Below, piece by piece: positions 9,334 to 18,744 of a stretch of 64,000 nt of DNA. The stretch comes from an uncultured Clostridia bacterium (lineage in GTDB: Bacteria > Bacillota > Clostridia > Christensenellales > UBA1242). The notes beneath the pieces were generated by a model. That model ran no database searches and was not told the origin of the DNA. It saw only the letters and a program-made list of their open reading frames with translations. The DNA is taken from the NCBI GenBank assembly GCA_944350085.1, contig CALVNY010000017.1, forward strand, positions 126,690-190,689. The letters are read 5' to 3'. The position numbers were made by a program, and so were the translations under genes. Each line of letters starts with the position of its first letter. Position 1 is the first letter of the stretch.

Positions 9334-10932
9334 ATGACACAAATTTCAGTTCAGTCGCTTTTGGGTATGTCTAGCGCTGGCGTTGGAATTATTGTTGGTT
9401 CTGTTTGTTTTATTGTGGCATTAGTTTTGGGCTATTTTATTTGCAAAATATTAGATAAAACAAGAATTGCAAAAAATAGAGTTACTGCTCAAAATATTCT
9501 TCAAGATGCTTTAAACGAAGCAAAACAAGTAAAAAAAGAAGCATTACTTGAATCTAAGGAAGAAACACAAAGATTAAAAGATGAGTGTGAAACAGAACTT
9601 AAAGAACGCCGTAATGAATTATTAAGACTTGAAACAAGAATTGTTCAAAGGGAAGACTTTATTCAAAAGAAAGAAGAACAATTAGACAAAAAAAGCGATT
9701 TGTTAGATGCGGCTAAAAATGATTTAAAAGTTAAAGAAGACGAACTAAACAATCTTATAGAACTTCAAAATCAAAAAAATATGGAAGTTGATGCAAAACT
9801 TGAAAAAGTTGCAAAATACACAAAAGATGAAGCAAAAGCCGAACTTATTTCTAGATATGAAGAAGATGCAAAAAAAGAAGCAGCAATTATAGTTCGTAAC
9901 ATTGAACAAACAGCAAAAGATGAAGCTGACAAAAAAGCAAAAGACATTATTACAATGGCAATTCAAAAATGTGCTGCCGATCATACTAGTGAAGTTACAG
10001 TTTCAAGTGTAACTTTGCCAAATGATGAAATGAAAGGTAGAATTATTGGAAGGGAAGGTAGAAACATTAGAACTCTAGAAAATGCAACAGGAGTTGACTT
10101 AATTATAGATGACACTCCAGAAGCAGTTGTTATTTCAAGTTTTGATCCAATAAGAAGAGAAATTGCTAGATTATCACTTGAAAAATTAATCCTTGATGGC
10201 AGAATTCAGCCTGCTAGGATTGAAGAAATGGTTGAAAAGGTTAAAAAAGATGTTGACCAAACCATAAAAGAAGCAGGTGAGGAAGCAGTTTTTGAGGCCG
10301 GAATCCATGGAATGCACCCTGAACTTGTTAAAATATTGGGAAGATTAAAATTTAGAACAAGTTACGGACAAAATGTTTTAAAACATTCATTAGAAGTTTG
10401 TAGGCTAGCAGGTTTGATGGCTGCAGAACTTGGCGCAAATGTTAATGTTGCAAAGCGTGGTGGATTGCTTCATGATATAGGAAAAGCAGTAGATTTTGAA
10501 ATGGAAGGAACTCATATTAGCATTGGTGTTGACCTTGCAACAAAATATAAGGAATCAAAAGCAGTAATACACTGTATTGCGGCACACCATTGCGAAATTG
10601 AATTTGAAAGTTTGGAAGCAATGTTGGTGCAAGCTGCAGATGCAATTTCAAGTTCACGACCAGGTGCAAGGAGAGAATCATTAGAAACCTATGTAAAGCG
10701 TTTACAAAAATTAGAAGAAATTGCAAACGACTTTAAAGGTGTTGAAAAATCTTATGCAATTCAAGCTGGTAGAGAAATTAGAATTATGGTAAAGCCAAAT
10801 GAAGTTTCAGATGAAAGTGCAGTTTTCCTTGCAAAAGAAATTGCTCAAAGAATTGAAAAAGAAATGGAATATCCTGGACAAATTAAAGTTAATATAATTC
10901 GTGAAACAAGAACAGTTGATTATGCAAAATAA
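9334..10932 (+). CDS. rny: ribonuclease Y
   Basis: 532 aa with an N-terminal TM helix, a coiled-coil region, a KH domain ([15 protein letters not shown]) and an HD domain ([10 protein letters not shown]). AGGAG SD. Confidence 0.95.
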   Translation: MTQISVQSLLGMSSAGVGIIVGSVCFIVALVLGYFICKILDKTRIAKNRVTAQNILQDALNEAKQVKKEALLESKEETQRLKDECETELKERRNELLRLETRIVQREDFIQKKEEQLDKKSDLLDAAKNDLKVKEDELNNLIELQNQKNMEVDAKLEKVAKYTKDEAKAELISRYEEDAKKEAAIIVRNIEQTAKDEADKKAKDIITMAIQKCAADHTSEVTVSSVTLPNDEMKGRIIGREGRNIRTLENATGVDLIIDDTPEAVVISSFDPIRREIARLSLEKLILDGRIQPARIEEMVEKVKKDVDQTIKEAGEEAVFEAGIHGMHPELVKILGRLKFRTSYGQNVLKHSLEVCRLAGLMAAELGANVNVAKRGGLLHDIGKAVDFEMEGTHISIGVDLATKYKESKAVIHCIAAHHCEIEFESLEAMLVQAADAISSSRPGARRESLETYVKRLQKLEEIANDFKGVEKSYAIQAGREIRIMVKPNEVSDESAVFLAKEIAQRIEKEMEYPGQIKVNIIRETRTVDYAK

Positions 10933-10960
10933 AAAGAGTGGTTTAACCACTCTTTTTTTA
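10931..10960 (+). terminator. intrinsic terminator after rny
   Basis: Stem GAGTGGT / ACCACTC extended by A:T pairs, followed by a T-run. Confidence 0.8.
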
Positions 10961-11082
10961 TTCTCCCATTTCATTATTAAATAATTGTGAAATTACATAC
11001 ATCTTTAATCTCTAATTTTGAAATTATTACATAATAAAAAGTCATTTCAATACTTGTTTTTAAAGATAAATATATAAAGTTA

Positions 11083-11111
11083 TTGACTAAAAATTTTAGA
11101 TAGTTTATAAT
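11083..11111 (+). promoter_or_regulatory. sigma-A type promoter of tRNA-Trp
   Basis: TTGACT (11083-11088), 17-nt spacer, TATAAT (11106-11111), located 10 nt upstream of the tRNA 5' end. Confidence 0.65.
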
Positions 11112-11121
11112 AACAAAGCAT

Positions 11122-11195
11122 AGGGGTGTAGTTCATCGGTAGAATGAGAGTCTCCAAAACTCCAGAGGAGGGTTCGATTCCTTCCACCCCTGCCA
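11122..11195 (+). tRNA. trnW: tRNA-Trp (anticodon CCA), CCA end encoded
   Basis: Hand-folded cloverleaf. Acceptor AGGGGTG/CACCCCT, anticodon loop CTCCAAA, T-arm GAGGG-TTCGATT-CCTTC, and 3' GCCA. Closely resembles Bacillus tRNA-Trp. The outermost anticodon-stem pair is A:C. Confidence 0.9.
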
Positions 11196-11198
11196 ATG

Positions 11199-11235
11199 AA
11201 AAACATTTATCTATGATTGATAAATGTTTTTTTTA
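11199..11235 (+). terminator. intrinsic terminator after tRNA-Trp
   Basis: Stem CATTTATC (11204-11211) / GATAAATG (11219-11226) with flanking A/T extension and a T-run. Confidence 0.75.
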
Positions 11236-11254
11236 ATAAATTTAAAGGTATTTT

Positions 11255-11749
11255 ATGAAAACTGCAATTATTTTTTCTGGTAATATAATAACAACTGAAC
11301 TTGTTGCAAATATGATAAAAAATGGTGTAAATCACGATGTTGATATATTTGATACATCTAAAACCTTTTATATTGATTTTAGTGAATATGATAATTTTGT
11401 TTTAGGAACAAATGTTAGGTATGGAAAATTAAATAAAAGATTTGTTAGATGTGTTAAAAAAATGAAAAAATATGTTTTACCAACTCAAAACTATTTTGTT
11501 TATATTTGTGGCATACAATCTGAAAAGGCCCAAAATTATATTAAAAAAGCAAAAAAATTAATAAATAATGGTTGTGAATACTATTTTGTGGGTGGGGAAT
11601 TAAAAACTGATGGATCTAAGGGATTACATAAAATATTAATTCAGTCCATAATTTCTGACTACAATAAAAAACAAAAAGAATTGCCAACTTTAATTGATGA
11701 CAATATTAATAAATTAATAAATTCAATAAATGAGATTAGTAAGGAATAA
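11255..11749 (+). CDS. flavodoxin-domain protein (HemG-like fold)
   Basis: 164 aa. MKTAIIFSG...YDNFVLGTNVRYGKLNKRFVRCVKK parallels the HemG/flavodoxin_5 pattern (MKTLILFS...YDRVVIGASIRYGH). Recognised from memory of the family only. Confidence 0.5.
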   Translation: MKTAIIFSGNIITTELVANMIKNGVNHDVDIFDTSKTFYIDFSEYDNFVLGTNVRYGKLNKRFVRCVKKMKKYVLPTQNYFVYICGIQSEKAQNYIKKAKKLINNGCEYYFVGGELKTDGSKGLHKILIQSIISDYNKKQKELPTLIDDNINKLINSINEISKE

Positions 11750-11752
11750 TTT

Positions 11753-12208
11753 ATGAAAAAAGTTGATATGTATACTGATGGTGCGTGCTCATATAATCCG
11801 GGACCGGGGGGATATGGCATAGTTTTAATTTATAATGGTGTTGAAAAACAATTTAGTGGATTTGATGAAAACACAACAAATAATAGAATGGAAATTACGG
11901 CAGTAATAGAGGGCTTAAAAAAATTAAAAGAACCTTGTGAAGTTACAATATACACTGATAGCGCATATACAATGAACGCATTTGATTTAGGTTGGCTTGA
12001 TGATTGGCAACTTAATAACTGGAAAAACAAACAAAAAAAAGATGTTTTAAATAAAGATTTGTGGCAGGAATTACTACTGCAAATGAGTAAACATAAAATC
12101 ACTTGGGTTAAAGTAAAAGGACATAGCGATAATAAATACAATAACATTTGTGACAAATTAGCAAGAGCAGAAATTGATAAATTTTTAAAACAAAAAAAAG
12201 CAGATTAA
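11753..12208 (+). CDS. rnhA: ribonuclease HI
   Basis: MYTDGACSYNPGPGGYG...NNRMEITAVIEGL...TDSAY...KVKGHSDNKYNNICDKLA carries the RNase H DEDD-type motifs. Confidence 0.9.
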   Translation: MKKVDMYTDGACSYNPGPGGYGIVLIYNGVEKQFSGFDENTTNNRMEITAVIEGLKKLKEPCEVTIYTDSAYTMNAFDLGWLDDWQLNNWKNKQKKDVLNKDLWQELLLQMSKHKITWVKVKGHSDNKYNNICDKLARAEIDKFLKQKKAD

Positions 12209-12219
12209 ATCTGCTTTTT

Positions 12220-14334
12220 TTAATAATCTCTACGCTTAAATACAACATAGGTTATTGCAAGTAAAAATGCCATTAATCCAGCAGTTATTCCAAGGCTTAC
12301 AAAATAATCCATATTACCAAGCATTGGAGTGCTGAAAAATGATGAAAGGACAGAGTTTTGATTTGTAATAAATCCATTTCCAAAGAATTTAAATAGATTT
12401 ATGTTAACAAAAGGTGAGTAACTATACCAAAGTGAATTGCCAAATCCAATATTCATAGCAATAGTTATAAAGTAAGTTACAAACGAAATTGTAATTGCAC
12501 CAGCATATGATTTAAATAATGTACAAAGTGCACTTGATAAAATACAATAGAAAATAATTTCTAAAAGTGTAAAGAAAATAAATATAATCATTAATAGTGC
12601 AGGGTGTATTTTGAAAGCATTGCTTGCATTAAAAACTACCAAAATTGGTGTTGATGGCAATGTGTAAACACAAGCACCAATTATAAATGAAATTAATGTG
12701 CTAAATAGTAAGAAAATTGTTGAGAAGAATAATGTGGCAAGTAATTTTCCTGAAACTATTTTATGTCTTTTAAATGGACGCATAAGCAATAACTTAATTG
12801 TTCCACTATCGTGTTCAGAGGCAAAGATATTTGCTGCCATAAATATTGAAAATACAATTATAACCAATGTGGAAATTTTAAGTGCAAAATACATAAAGTC
12901 GTAAGCTGATGTTTCAGAACCACTGTTTGTGTTAAATGAAAATACATTATCAAGTTCGTAAGAATATATATCATTTTTTATATAATAATTGTTTTTAATT
13001 ATTTTTTCATTTATTTCATATTCGTTGTAAACACCATTAAATTCTTTGCCATAAAAATTTTGAACTTCAGAATTGGAAAAGTCTTTAACTAAATCATTTA
13101 AAATGGAATAATAAACATAATTTTTTAAACTTACATTCATTTCTTTGTATCGTGTAACATAAGTATTGTAAGTGTTTAAAACATTAATGTCTTTACTTGT
13201 TGATTTTGATGTTGCATATTCATTAATAACTTCTAGTTGCGAATTGATTCGAGTTTGCATTTCATCGTATGTTTTTGTTAAAGAATCAAGTAATTCCATA
13301 TCAGATGATAATAACATAATGTCCTTAATTACTTGCGAAATTGATGTAACATAATTGTTAGATTGTAACTTATTTATTATTGTTTGATGAGTTGCTAAAT
13401 TTGTTTCGCTACCTTCTTTAATATTTAAAGCGTTGATAAAACTATCAATATTGTTTTTAAATGTGGTGTAATTAGTGTTATTTATAACTGCAAATGTGTG
13501 TTTGTCATATTCAACTATATTTACAACATAATTTTTAAAACTTTCAACTTCTCTTTTTAATTGTAGTCGAGCAGTGTTTGCTGAACCTGTGCTAACGGAG
13601 CCAGCACCAACTAATGCAATATAATTAGATTGTGTGTTTGTAATTTTAGTAATATAAGATTCTAAAAATGATACTGAAGGGTTGTAGCCAGTGTTGTATG
13701 CTTTTAAAATTAAATTGCTAGCATTAGAAAAATTATTACTTTCTGTGCTTTTAAAATATGCAATAAGTTTTTCTGTGCCTTGTGCATTTAAATTTTCTAA
13801 ACTTGCTTTTAAAGTGTCAAGATCATTTCTAATTGATGTGTAAATTTCAGAAGTGTAGTAATCTTTTACAAACTGAGGTTGATCACTTGTTGAAATATCT
13901 GTAGCCACATCATCATTTTTAAAAGTACTATTAAATTTTTGGAAATTAGTAAAAAATTCATCAACTTCGTTTTCAGAAATATCGTTCATAAATTTATTTA
14001 GGGAAGTATTTAAATTATTATAAGCCTCTGTTAAATCTAATTTTCTTTGAGTGATATTTTTGAAAAATTTTATTTCGTTGTTTGCATCACTAGAATATGA
14101 ATCATAAGTTGATTTATACGACACATCATTTAAGAATTTATCATTTAAAACACTAATTGTTGCTGTTGTTGATGATCCAACCATATCAACAAATGTATTT
14201 TCTTTTTTTATAGGATTAAACAAAAACAAACTGCCACCAATAATGCCAGCTAAAACAAAGGCCATAATGTAAACGGTTGGCCTTTTAAATATTTTAATAA
14301 ATTCTGCTCTTGCAATTCTAAAAATAGAACCCAT
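12220..14334 (-). CDS. ABC-2 type transporter permease with large extracytoplasmic loop (YhgE/Pip-like topology)
   Basis: 704 aa. One N-terminal TM helix, roughly 450 aa of hydrophilic N/S/T-rich region, then about 5 C-terminal TM helices. Sits 16 nt downstream of the ATPase gene. Confidence 0.65.
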   Translation of the reverse strand: MGSIFRIARAEFIKIFKRPTVYIMAFVLAGIIGGSLFLFNPIKKENTFVDMVGSSTTATISVLNDKFLNDVSYKSTYDSYSSDANNEIKFFKNITQRKLDLTEAYNNLNTSLNKFMNDISENEVDEFFTNFQKFNSTFKNDDVATDISTSDQPQFVKDYYTSEIYTSIRNDLDTLKASLENLNAQGTEKLIAYFKSTESNNFSNASNLILKAYNTGYNPSVSFLESYITKITNTQSNYIALVGAGSVSTGSANTARLQLKREVESFKNYVVNIVEYDKHTFAVINNTNYTTFKNNIDSFINALNIKEGSETNLATHQTIINKLQSNNYVTSISQVIKDIMLLSSDMELLDSLTKTYDEMQTRINSQLEVINEYATSKSTSKDINVLNTYNTYVTRYKEMNVSLKNYVYYSILNDLVKDFSNSEVQNFYGKEFNGVYNEYEINEKIIKNNYYIKNDIYSYELDNVFSFNTNSGSETSAYDFMYFALKISTLVIIVFSIFMAANIFASEHDSGTIKLLLMRPFKRHKIVSGKLLATLFFSTIFLLFSTLISFIIGACVYTLPSTPILVVFNASNAFKIHPALLMIIFIFFTLLEIIFYCILSSALCTLFKSYAGAITISFVTYFITIAMNIGFGNSLWYSYSPFVNINLFKFFGNGFITNQNSVLSSFFSTPMLGNMDYFVSLGITAGLMAFLLAITYVVFKRRDY

Positions 14335-14349
14335 TAATTACCTCTAAGA

Positions 14350-15288
14350 TTATAAAATACTTGTAATACCTTTTGATTTCTTTTCAATTATTTGCATAAA
14401 TACTTCTTCTAAGCTTTTAGAAATCATTTCAACTCCAAAAATTGAAATGTTATATTTAACTAGAACTTTTGCAACATTTGCTATTTGGTCGTCATCTGCG
14501 TGTATAATAACAGAATTTCCAGCAATGTCGCATTTGAATTTTAATTCGTTAGTAATTACTTTGCCTGCAAAGTTAGGGTAGTCTACAGTATATTTAATCT
14601 TTCGACTGCCTTTAACGCCTTCTTTTAGTTGATTAATAGTTTTAACTTCAAGCAATTCGCCATTATTTATAACACCAATTGTGTCACAAAGATTTTCCAT
14701 TTCTGCAAGCATGTGACTACTGATTAAAATAGCAATTTTGTATTTAGTTGCTAAATACTTTAAAAAATCCCTTATTTCTTTAACGCCGTTTGGGTCTAAG
14801 CCACTTAATGGTTCATCTAAAACCAAAAGTTTAGGATTGTGCAAAAGTGCTTGTGCAATTCCAAGCCTTTGGCGCATACCAAGAGAATAATTTTTAACTT
14901 TATCCTTTAATCTGTTTTCAAGTCCAACAATTCTTGCGTAATTTAAAATAGTGTCTTTTTTTATTCCTTTATATAAAGTGGCATAATATTTTAAATTGTC
15001 GTATCCTGAAAGATAACCATACATTAAAGGGTTTTCTATCAAGCCACCAACATTTCTCATTGCTTTTTCAAAATCTTTTTTTACACTATAACCACATATT
15101 TTAATATCGCCATAAGTGATTTTGCATAAACCACATATCATACGCATAGTTGTAGTTTTGCCAGCACCATTTGGCCCAAGAAAACCAAAAATTTCTCCTT
15201 CATAGATTTTGAAGGATATGTTGTTAACAGCAACTCTTTCGCCGAAATTCTTTGTTACATTTTCAACGCTTAAAATAACATTAGCCAA
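14350..15288 (-). CDS. ABC transporter ATP-binding protein
   Basis: Walker A GPNGAGKTT, signature LSGLDP-type region (YSLGMRQRL), Walker B LLVLDEP. GGAGG (rc of 15295-15299) favours TTG 15288 over the upstream ATG 15312. Confidence 0.9.
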   Translation of the reverse strand: MANVILSVENVTKNFGERVAVNNISFKIYEGEIFGFLGPNGAGKTTTMRMICGLCKITYGDIKICGYSVKKDFEKAMRNVGGLIENPLMYGYLSGYDNLKYYATLYKGIKKDTILNYARIVGLENRLKDKVKNYSLGMRQRLGIAQALLHNPKLLVLDEPLSGLDPNGVKEIRDFLKYLATKYKIAILISSHMLAEMENLCDTIGVINNGELLEVKTINQLKEGVKGSRKIKYTVDYPNFAGKVITNELKFKCDIAGNSVIIHADDDQIANVAKVLVKYNISIFGVEMISKSLEEVFMQIIEKKSKGITSIL

Positions 15289-15406
15289 ATTTTGCCTCCA
15301 TATTTCTAACATTTTATCATAATATTTTTTATTTGTAAAGGTATATAATATTTATATATTTAATATATTATTAAGGAAATAAAACATAAAAGGCGGTTAA
15401 CTAAAT

Positions 15407-16303
15407 ATGATAAAAAAGATTTGGTTTTATTTTTTTAATGCACTGTGCCCAATAGTATTTATAATAAATTTATTTTTAACATTTAATGTTTATAATTTTT
15501 CTATATTTTTTAAAGTTTTAATTGTTTTAGCGTCAACATTGTTAAGTTTAATAAGCATTATTTTGTGTATTAAAAAATTAAAACAATCTTTAAGCAGATT
15601 TCTTTTATGCTTAAATTTTTTAGGTGCTATAATTGTTTGTATTTATTCAATTTTGGCAAATTATAATATGCTTCAAATATTTGCCTCAGTTCAAACATTT
15701 AAAGATTTTATTTTGTCCACAGGACCTTACGGAATGATAGTTTATACTTTAATACAATTATTGCAAGTTATGTTTGTTCCTATTCCTTCGTTAATAATTA
15801 CATTAACAGGCGTTTTAATTTATGGACCATTTGTTGCATCAGTTTTATGTTGTATTGCAGTAGTAGGTGGAAGTATTTTGTCATTTACTTTAGGAAAAAC
15901 ATTTGGTTTCAAACTTGTAGCATGGGTTGTAGGGCGTGATAGTGCCTTAAAATATGCATCAGTGTTAAATAAAAGGGGTAAGTTTTTTTTAACTATTGCA
16001 TTTCTATTGCCACTATTCCCAGATGATGCACTTTGCTTAATTGCCGGTATGACAACTATGGAATATAAGGATTTTATTTTAATTTCATCAATTACTAGAC
16101 CAATTGGCGTAATATGTATGTGTTATTTTGGCGGGGGATATATCATTCCATTTACAGGTTGGGGATTATATGTTTGGGGATTTTTGCTTGTACTTATAAT
16201 AATTGCAGTAATTATGGTTTATAAATACCAAGACAAGATAGAAGACTTTATAATCAAAAGAATTTATAACTATAAAAAGAAATCAAAAAAAACCACTAAA
16301 TAA
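15407..16303 (+). CDS. TVP38/TMEM64 (DedA-related) family membrane protein
   Basis: 298-aa polytopic protein with the family-typical VPIPSLIITLTGVLIYGPF and LLPLFPDDALCLIAG segments. Confidence 0.75.
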   Translation: MIKKIWFYFFNALCPIVFIINLFLTFNVYNFSIFFKVLIVLASTLLSLISIILCIKKLKQSLSRFLLCLNFLGAIIVCIYSILANYNMLQIFASVQTFKDFILSTGPYGMIVYTLIQLLQVMFVPIPSLIITLTGVLIYGPFVASVLCCIAVVGGSILSFTLGKTFGFKLVAWVVGRDSALKYASVLNKRGKFFLTIAFLLPLFPDDALCLIAGMTTMEYKDFILISSITRPIGVICMCYFGGGYIIPFTGWGLYVWGFLLVLIIIAVIMVYKYQDKIEDFIIKRIYNYKKKSKKTTK

Positions 16304-16325
16304 AGTGGTTTTTTATTTTGTATTT

Positions 16326-18539
16326 TTATTTTATATTTTTGTTTTCTATAACTAATTTATAAATTATTGGTGCAATAACAAAATTTGTTAGCAAAATTGC
16401 AGGCAATATTAATCTTGTTAAAAATGATATAGTATTTGCATGATTTAAACCCAAAATTAAGTTAACGGCATAAGTTAAAATTAATCCGCAAAATAGATAT
16501 AAAACACCAAACATAATATGATAGTTAAGATTATAGTATTTTATTTTTCGTTCATCTTTTTTAGAAATATAGGGTATTAAATAAGCAACAAATGTTGCAA
16601 TTACGGCTAATATTGCAATAATATACAAAGGAATATCATAAGCATAAACTAAATTGTTTACTTTTAAACAAATAAACACGCATGCAGTTTGTAAAATCAT
16701 CAAAAGAGATAGTATGGTTCCATAAATAAATTTAACTTTATTTATCCTTACAAACTGTTCTGTTTCATCATCTTCAATATCAATAGAGTAGGGTTTAAAT
16801 TTAAACCCATCATTATTTAATGATTCTTTTAATGTGCTGTATGAATAAATTTTTGAATTATTAATTGCTTTTTTAATTTTTTCTTCATCAATTTCGTTGT
16901 CAACGAATTCTGATTTTAGTTCTTCAAAATTTTCATTAACATTTGGCTCATATTCATACAAATTTTCTTTTTGGGTTTCTCTTTCGTCTTTATTATCACC
17001 ATAATACAAATCACCTAAAATTTTTTTGTAATCTAGCTCTGGTTTGCTATTAACTTTTTCTTCGGCTATTTGATTAAATTTTTCATTAAATTTTTTATTT
17101 AATAATTCAATTTGTTCTGGTGTTAATTCTGGTTCGTCATTATATTTTGGTTTATTTGTTCCAATAACAGCGTCATTTAATTCTATTCTTTCTTTTACAT
17201 TGTCAAATATTTTAGTGTTATTCTTAACAGGGGATAAATTATCAAAAATTTTAGTAGATGGTTTTGCATCGTAATTAACTTCATTTTCAAATAATTTATG
17301 TAAATCACTTGTGGATTTATAAGAATTTAATTTAGTATTTGCATCTTTGTTGAAGTCATTTATATTATCATCAAAGTTTTCTGTATTATCCAAACCATAA
17401 TTATTTGTTGGTTTATTTATAGAACTATTAGTAAAACTTGATTTGTTTGATACGGCTTGTCTTTTTAATTCGTTCCAATTAAAAAATTCAACTTCTTGTT
17501 CTTTAATTAAAGGAATTTCTTTTGAAATTTCCGTTTCTGTTTTATTTGCTGTTATTTGTTCTTTTTCTTCATTTGATGTTTTTGTAGATGGTTGAATTGA
17601 AGGGTTGTCAACATAATTTATTTGATTGTTATTGTTGTTAAACAAGTCATATTGAACATATTTTTCTTTTCCAAAAGAAACTTCTTGCTTATGTTCTTTT
17701 CTAAATTTGTGTTCAAACATATAATCTTCATAAATTGGAGTAGAGGAGGAGTTAGAATTTTCATTTTGATTTACATTGTCAGTATTGTATGAAAGTGTAG
17801 AATCTTCTTTTATGGCTTCATTTATTTCATTAATTAAGTCAGCATTATTTTCTTCATCAGTGTTATTAACATTATTTTCTAAATTTGCATTATTATCTTC
17901 AAAAACATCTTCAATTTCGTCGGCTTCTATTTCGGATATTGGTTCTAATGAAACAATATCATCAATTTTTTGTGCGTTTGTATTTTTAGAAATTGTGCTG
18001 TCGTCATCTAATTCCTTATCTAATTCATTTGTTTGTGAAGAATTTAATAGTTTGTTAATTTCGTCATCAACATTGAAACTCATTTTGTTAATGTAATTTG
18101 AATCATCAATGTCAGTTGCATTGTCTTCTTCAAAAGAATAAATTTCATCATCTAAATTTTCAAGAGAAATTTGTTCAACTTGCTCAACATGTTCCTGTTT
18201 TTCATCATCAATTGTATTTTCTTCTGTAATAGAAAAGGATTTAGGGGATTTTAAACTATTAAAATATGCTCTACCGGGTTCAGTTAAACTATAATAATGC
18301 CTTCTTCCACCAATATCACTATCTCCCCAGTATGAAGAAATGTAACCTTTTTGTTCAAACCTTTTTAAACTGCTATATAGACTTGGTTCCTTTAAAACAA
18401 CTTTTCCGTCAGTTCTATCTTTAACTTCTTTAATAATTTCATATCCGTATTTGTCGCCATTAAGCAAACATTCTAGTATAGTGTTATTTACAAAACCTCT
18501 TCCAGCAGTGTTTCTTCTACTTCTACTTCTTGATGCCAT
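16326..18539 (-). CDS. PadR-family winged-helix regulator fused to a long low-complexity linker and C-terminal membrane helices
   Basis: N-terminal PadR pattern (GYEIIKEVKDRT...EPSLYSSLKRFEQKGYISSYW...RRHYYSLTEPG). About 480 aa of D/E/N-rich linker. The last ~140 aa contain four hydrophobic segments. AGGAG (rc of 18548-18552) supports ATG 18539. Confidence 0.75.
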   Translation of the reverse strand: MASRSRSRRNTAGRGFVNNTILECLLNGDKYGYEIIKEVKDRTDGKVVLKEPSLYSSLKRFEQKGYISSYWGDSDIGGRRHYYSLTEPGRAYFNSLKSPKSFSITEENTIDDEKQEHVEQVEQISLENLDDEIYSFEEDNATDIDDSNYINKMSFNVDDEINKLLNSSQTNELDKELDDDSTISKNTNAQKIDDIVSLEPISEIEADEIEDVFEDNNANLENNVNNTDEENNADLINEINEAIKEDSTLSYNTDNVNQNENSNSSSTPIYEDYMFEHKFRKEHKQEVSFGKEKYVQYDLFNNNNNQINYVDNPSIQPSTKTSNEEKEQITANKTETEISKEIPLIKEQEVEFFNWNELKRQAVSNKSSFTNSSINKPTNNYGLDNTENFDDNINDFNKDANTKLNSYKSTSDLHKLFENEVNYDAKPSTKIFDNLSPVKNNTKIFDNVKERIELNDAVIGTNKPKYNDEPELTPEQIELLNKKFNEKFNQIAEEKVNSKPELDYKKILGDLYYGDNKDERETQKENLYEYEPNVNENFEELKSEFVDNEIDEEKIKKAINNSKIYSYSTLKESLNNDGFKFKPYSIDIEDDETEQFVRINKVKFIYGTILSLLMILQTACVFICLKVNNLVYAYDIPLYIIAILAVIATFVAYLIPYISKKDERKIKYYNLNYHIMFGVLYLFCGLILTYAVNLILGLNHANTISFLTRLILPAILLTNFVIAPIIYKLVIENKNIK

Positions 18540-18552
18540 AATTAACACTCCT

Positions 18553-18580
18553 TTGATAATTAAAATTAATTAATTATCAA
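18553..18580. promoter_or_regulatory. perfect 11-6-11 palindrome in the PadR-like gene leader
   Basis: TTGATAATTAA-AATTAA-TTAATTATCAA, abutting the SD of the PadR-like gene and downstream of its predicted promoter. Confidence 0.4.
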
Positions 18581-18602
18581 AATAAAAAATATTTATATTA
18601 AA

Positions 18603-18631
18603 ATTATACAAATTATGTCATTATTAGTCAA
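18603..18631 (-). promoter_or_regulatory. sigma-A type promoter of the PadR-like gene
   Basis: On the minus strand: TTGACT (18631-18626), 17 nt, TATAAT (18608-18603). Confidence 0.5.
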
Positions 18632-18692
18632 ATAAATACTATGCAAAATATTATAAACAGAGTATTATGCAAATATTTAAAAAGTCATTTAT

Positions 18693-18721
18693 TTGCCATA
18701 CTTTTTAAGATTTGTTATAAT
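18693..18721 (+). promoter_or_regulatory. sigma-A type promoter of the DUF45 hydrolase gene
   Basis: TTGCCA (18693-18698), 17 nt, TATAAT (18716-18721), 23 nt upstream of ATG 18745. Confidence 0.55.
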
Positions 18722-18744
18722 AAAAAATAGGCTAGGGAATTAAA

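Noticed and set aside
11122-11195. Possibility of an altered genetic code (UGA=Trp), given the very low GC content.
   Set aside because: The tRNA-Trp anticodon is CCA, and all conserved genes translate full-length with the standard code in the supplied ORF track.
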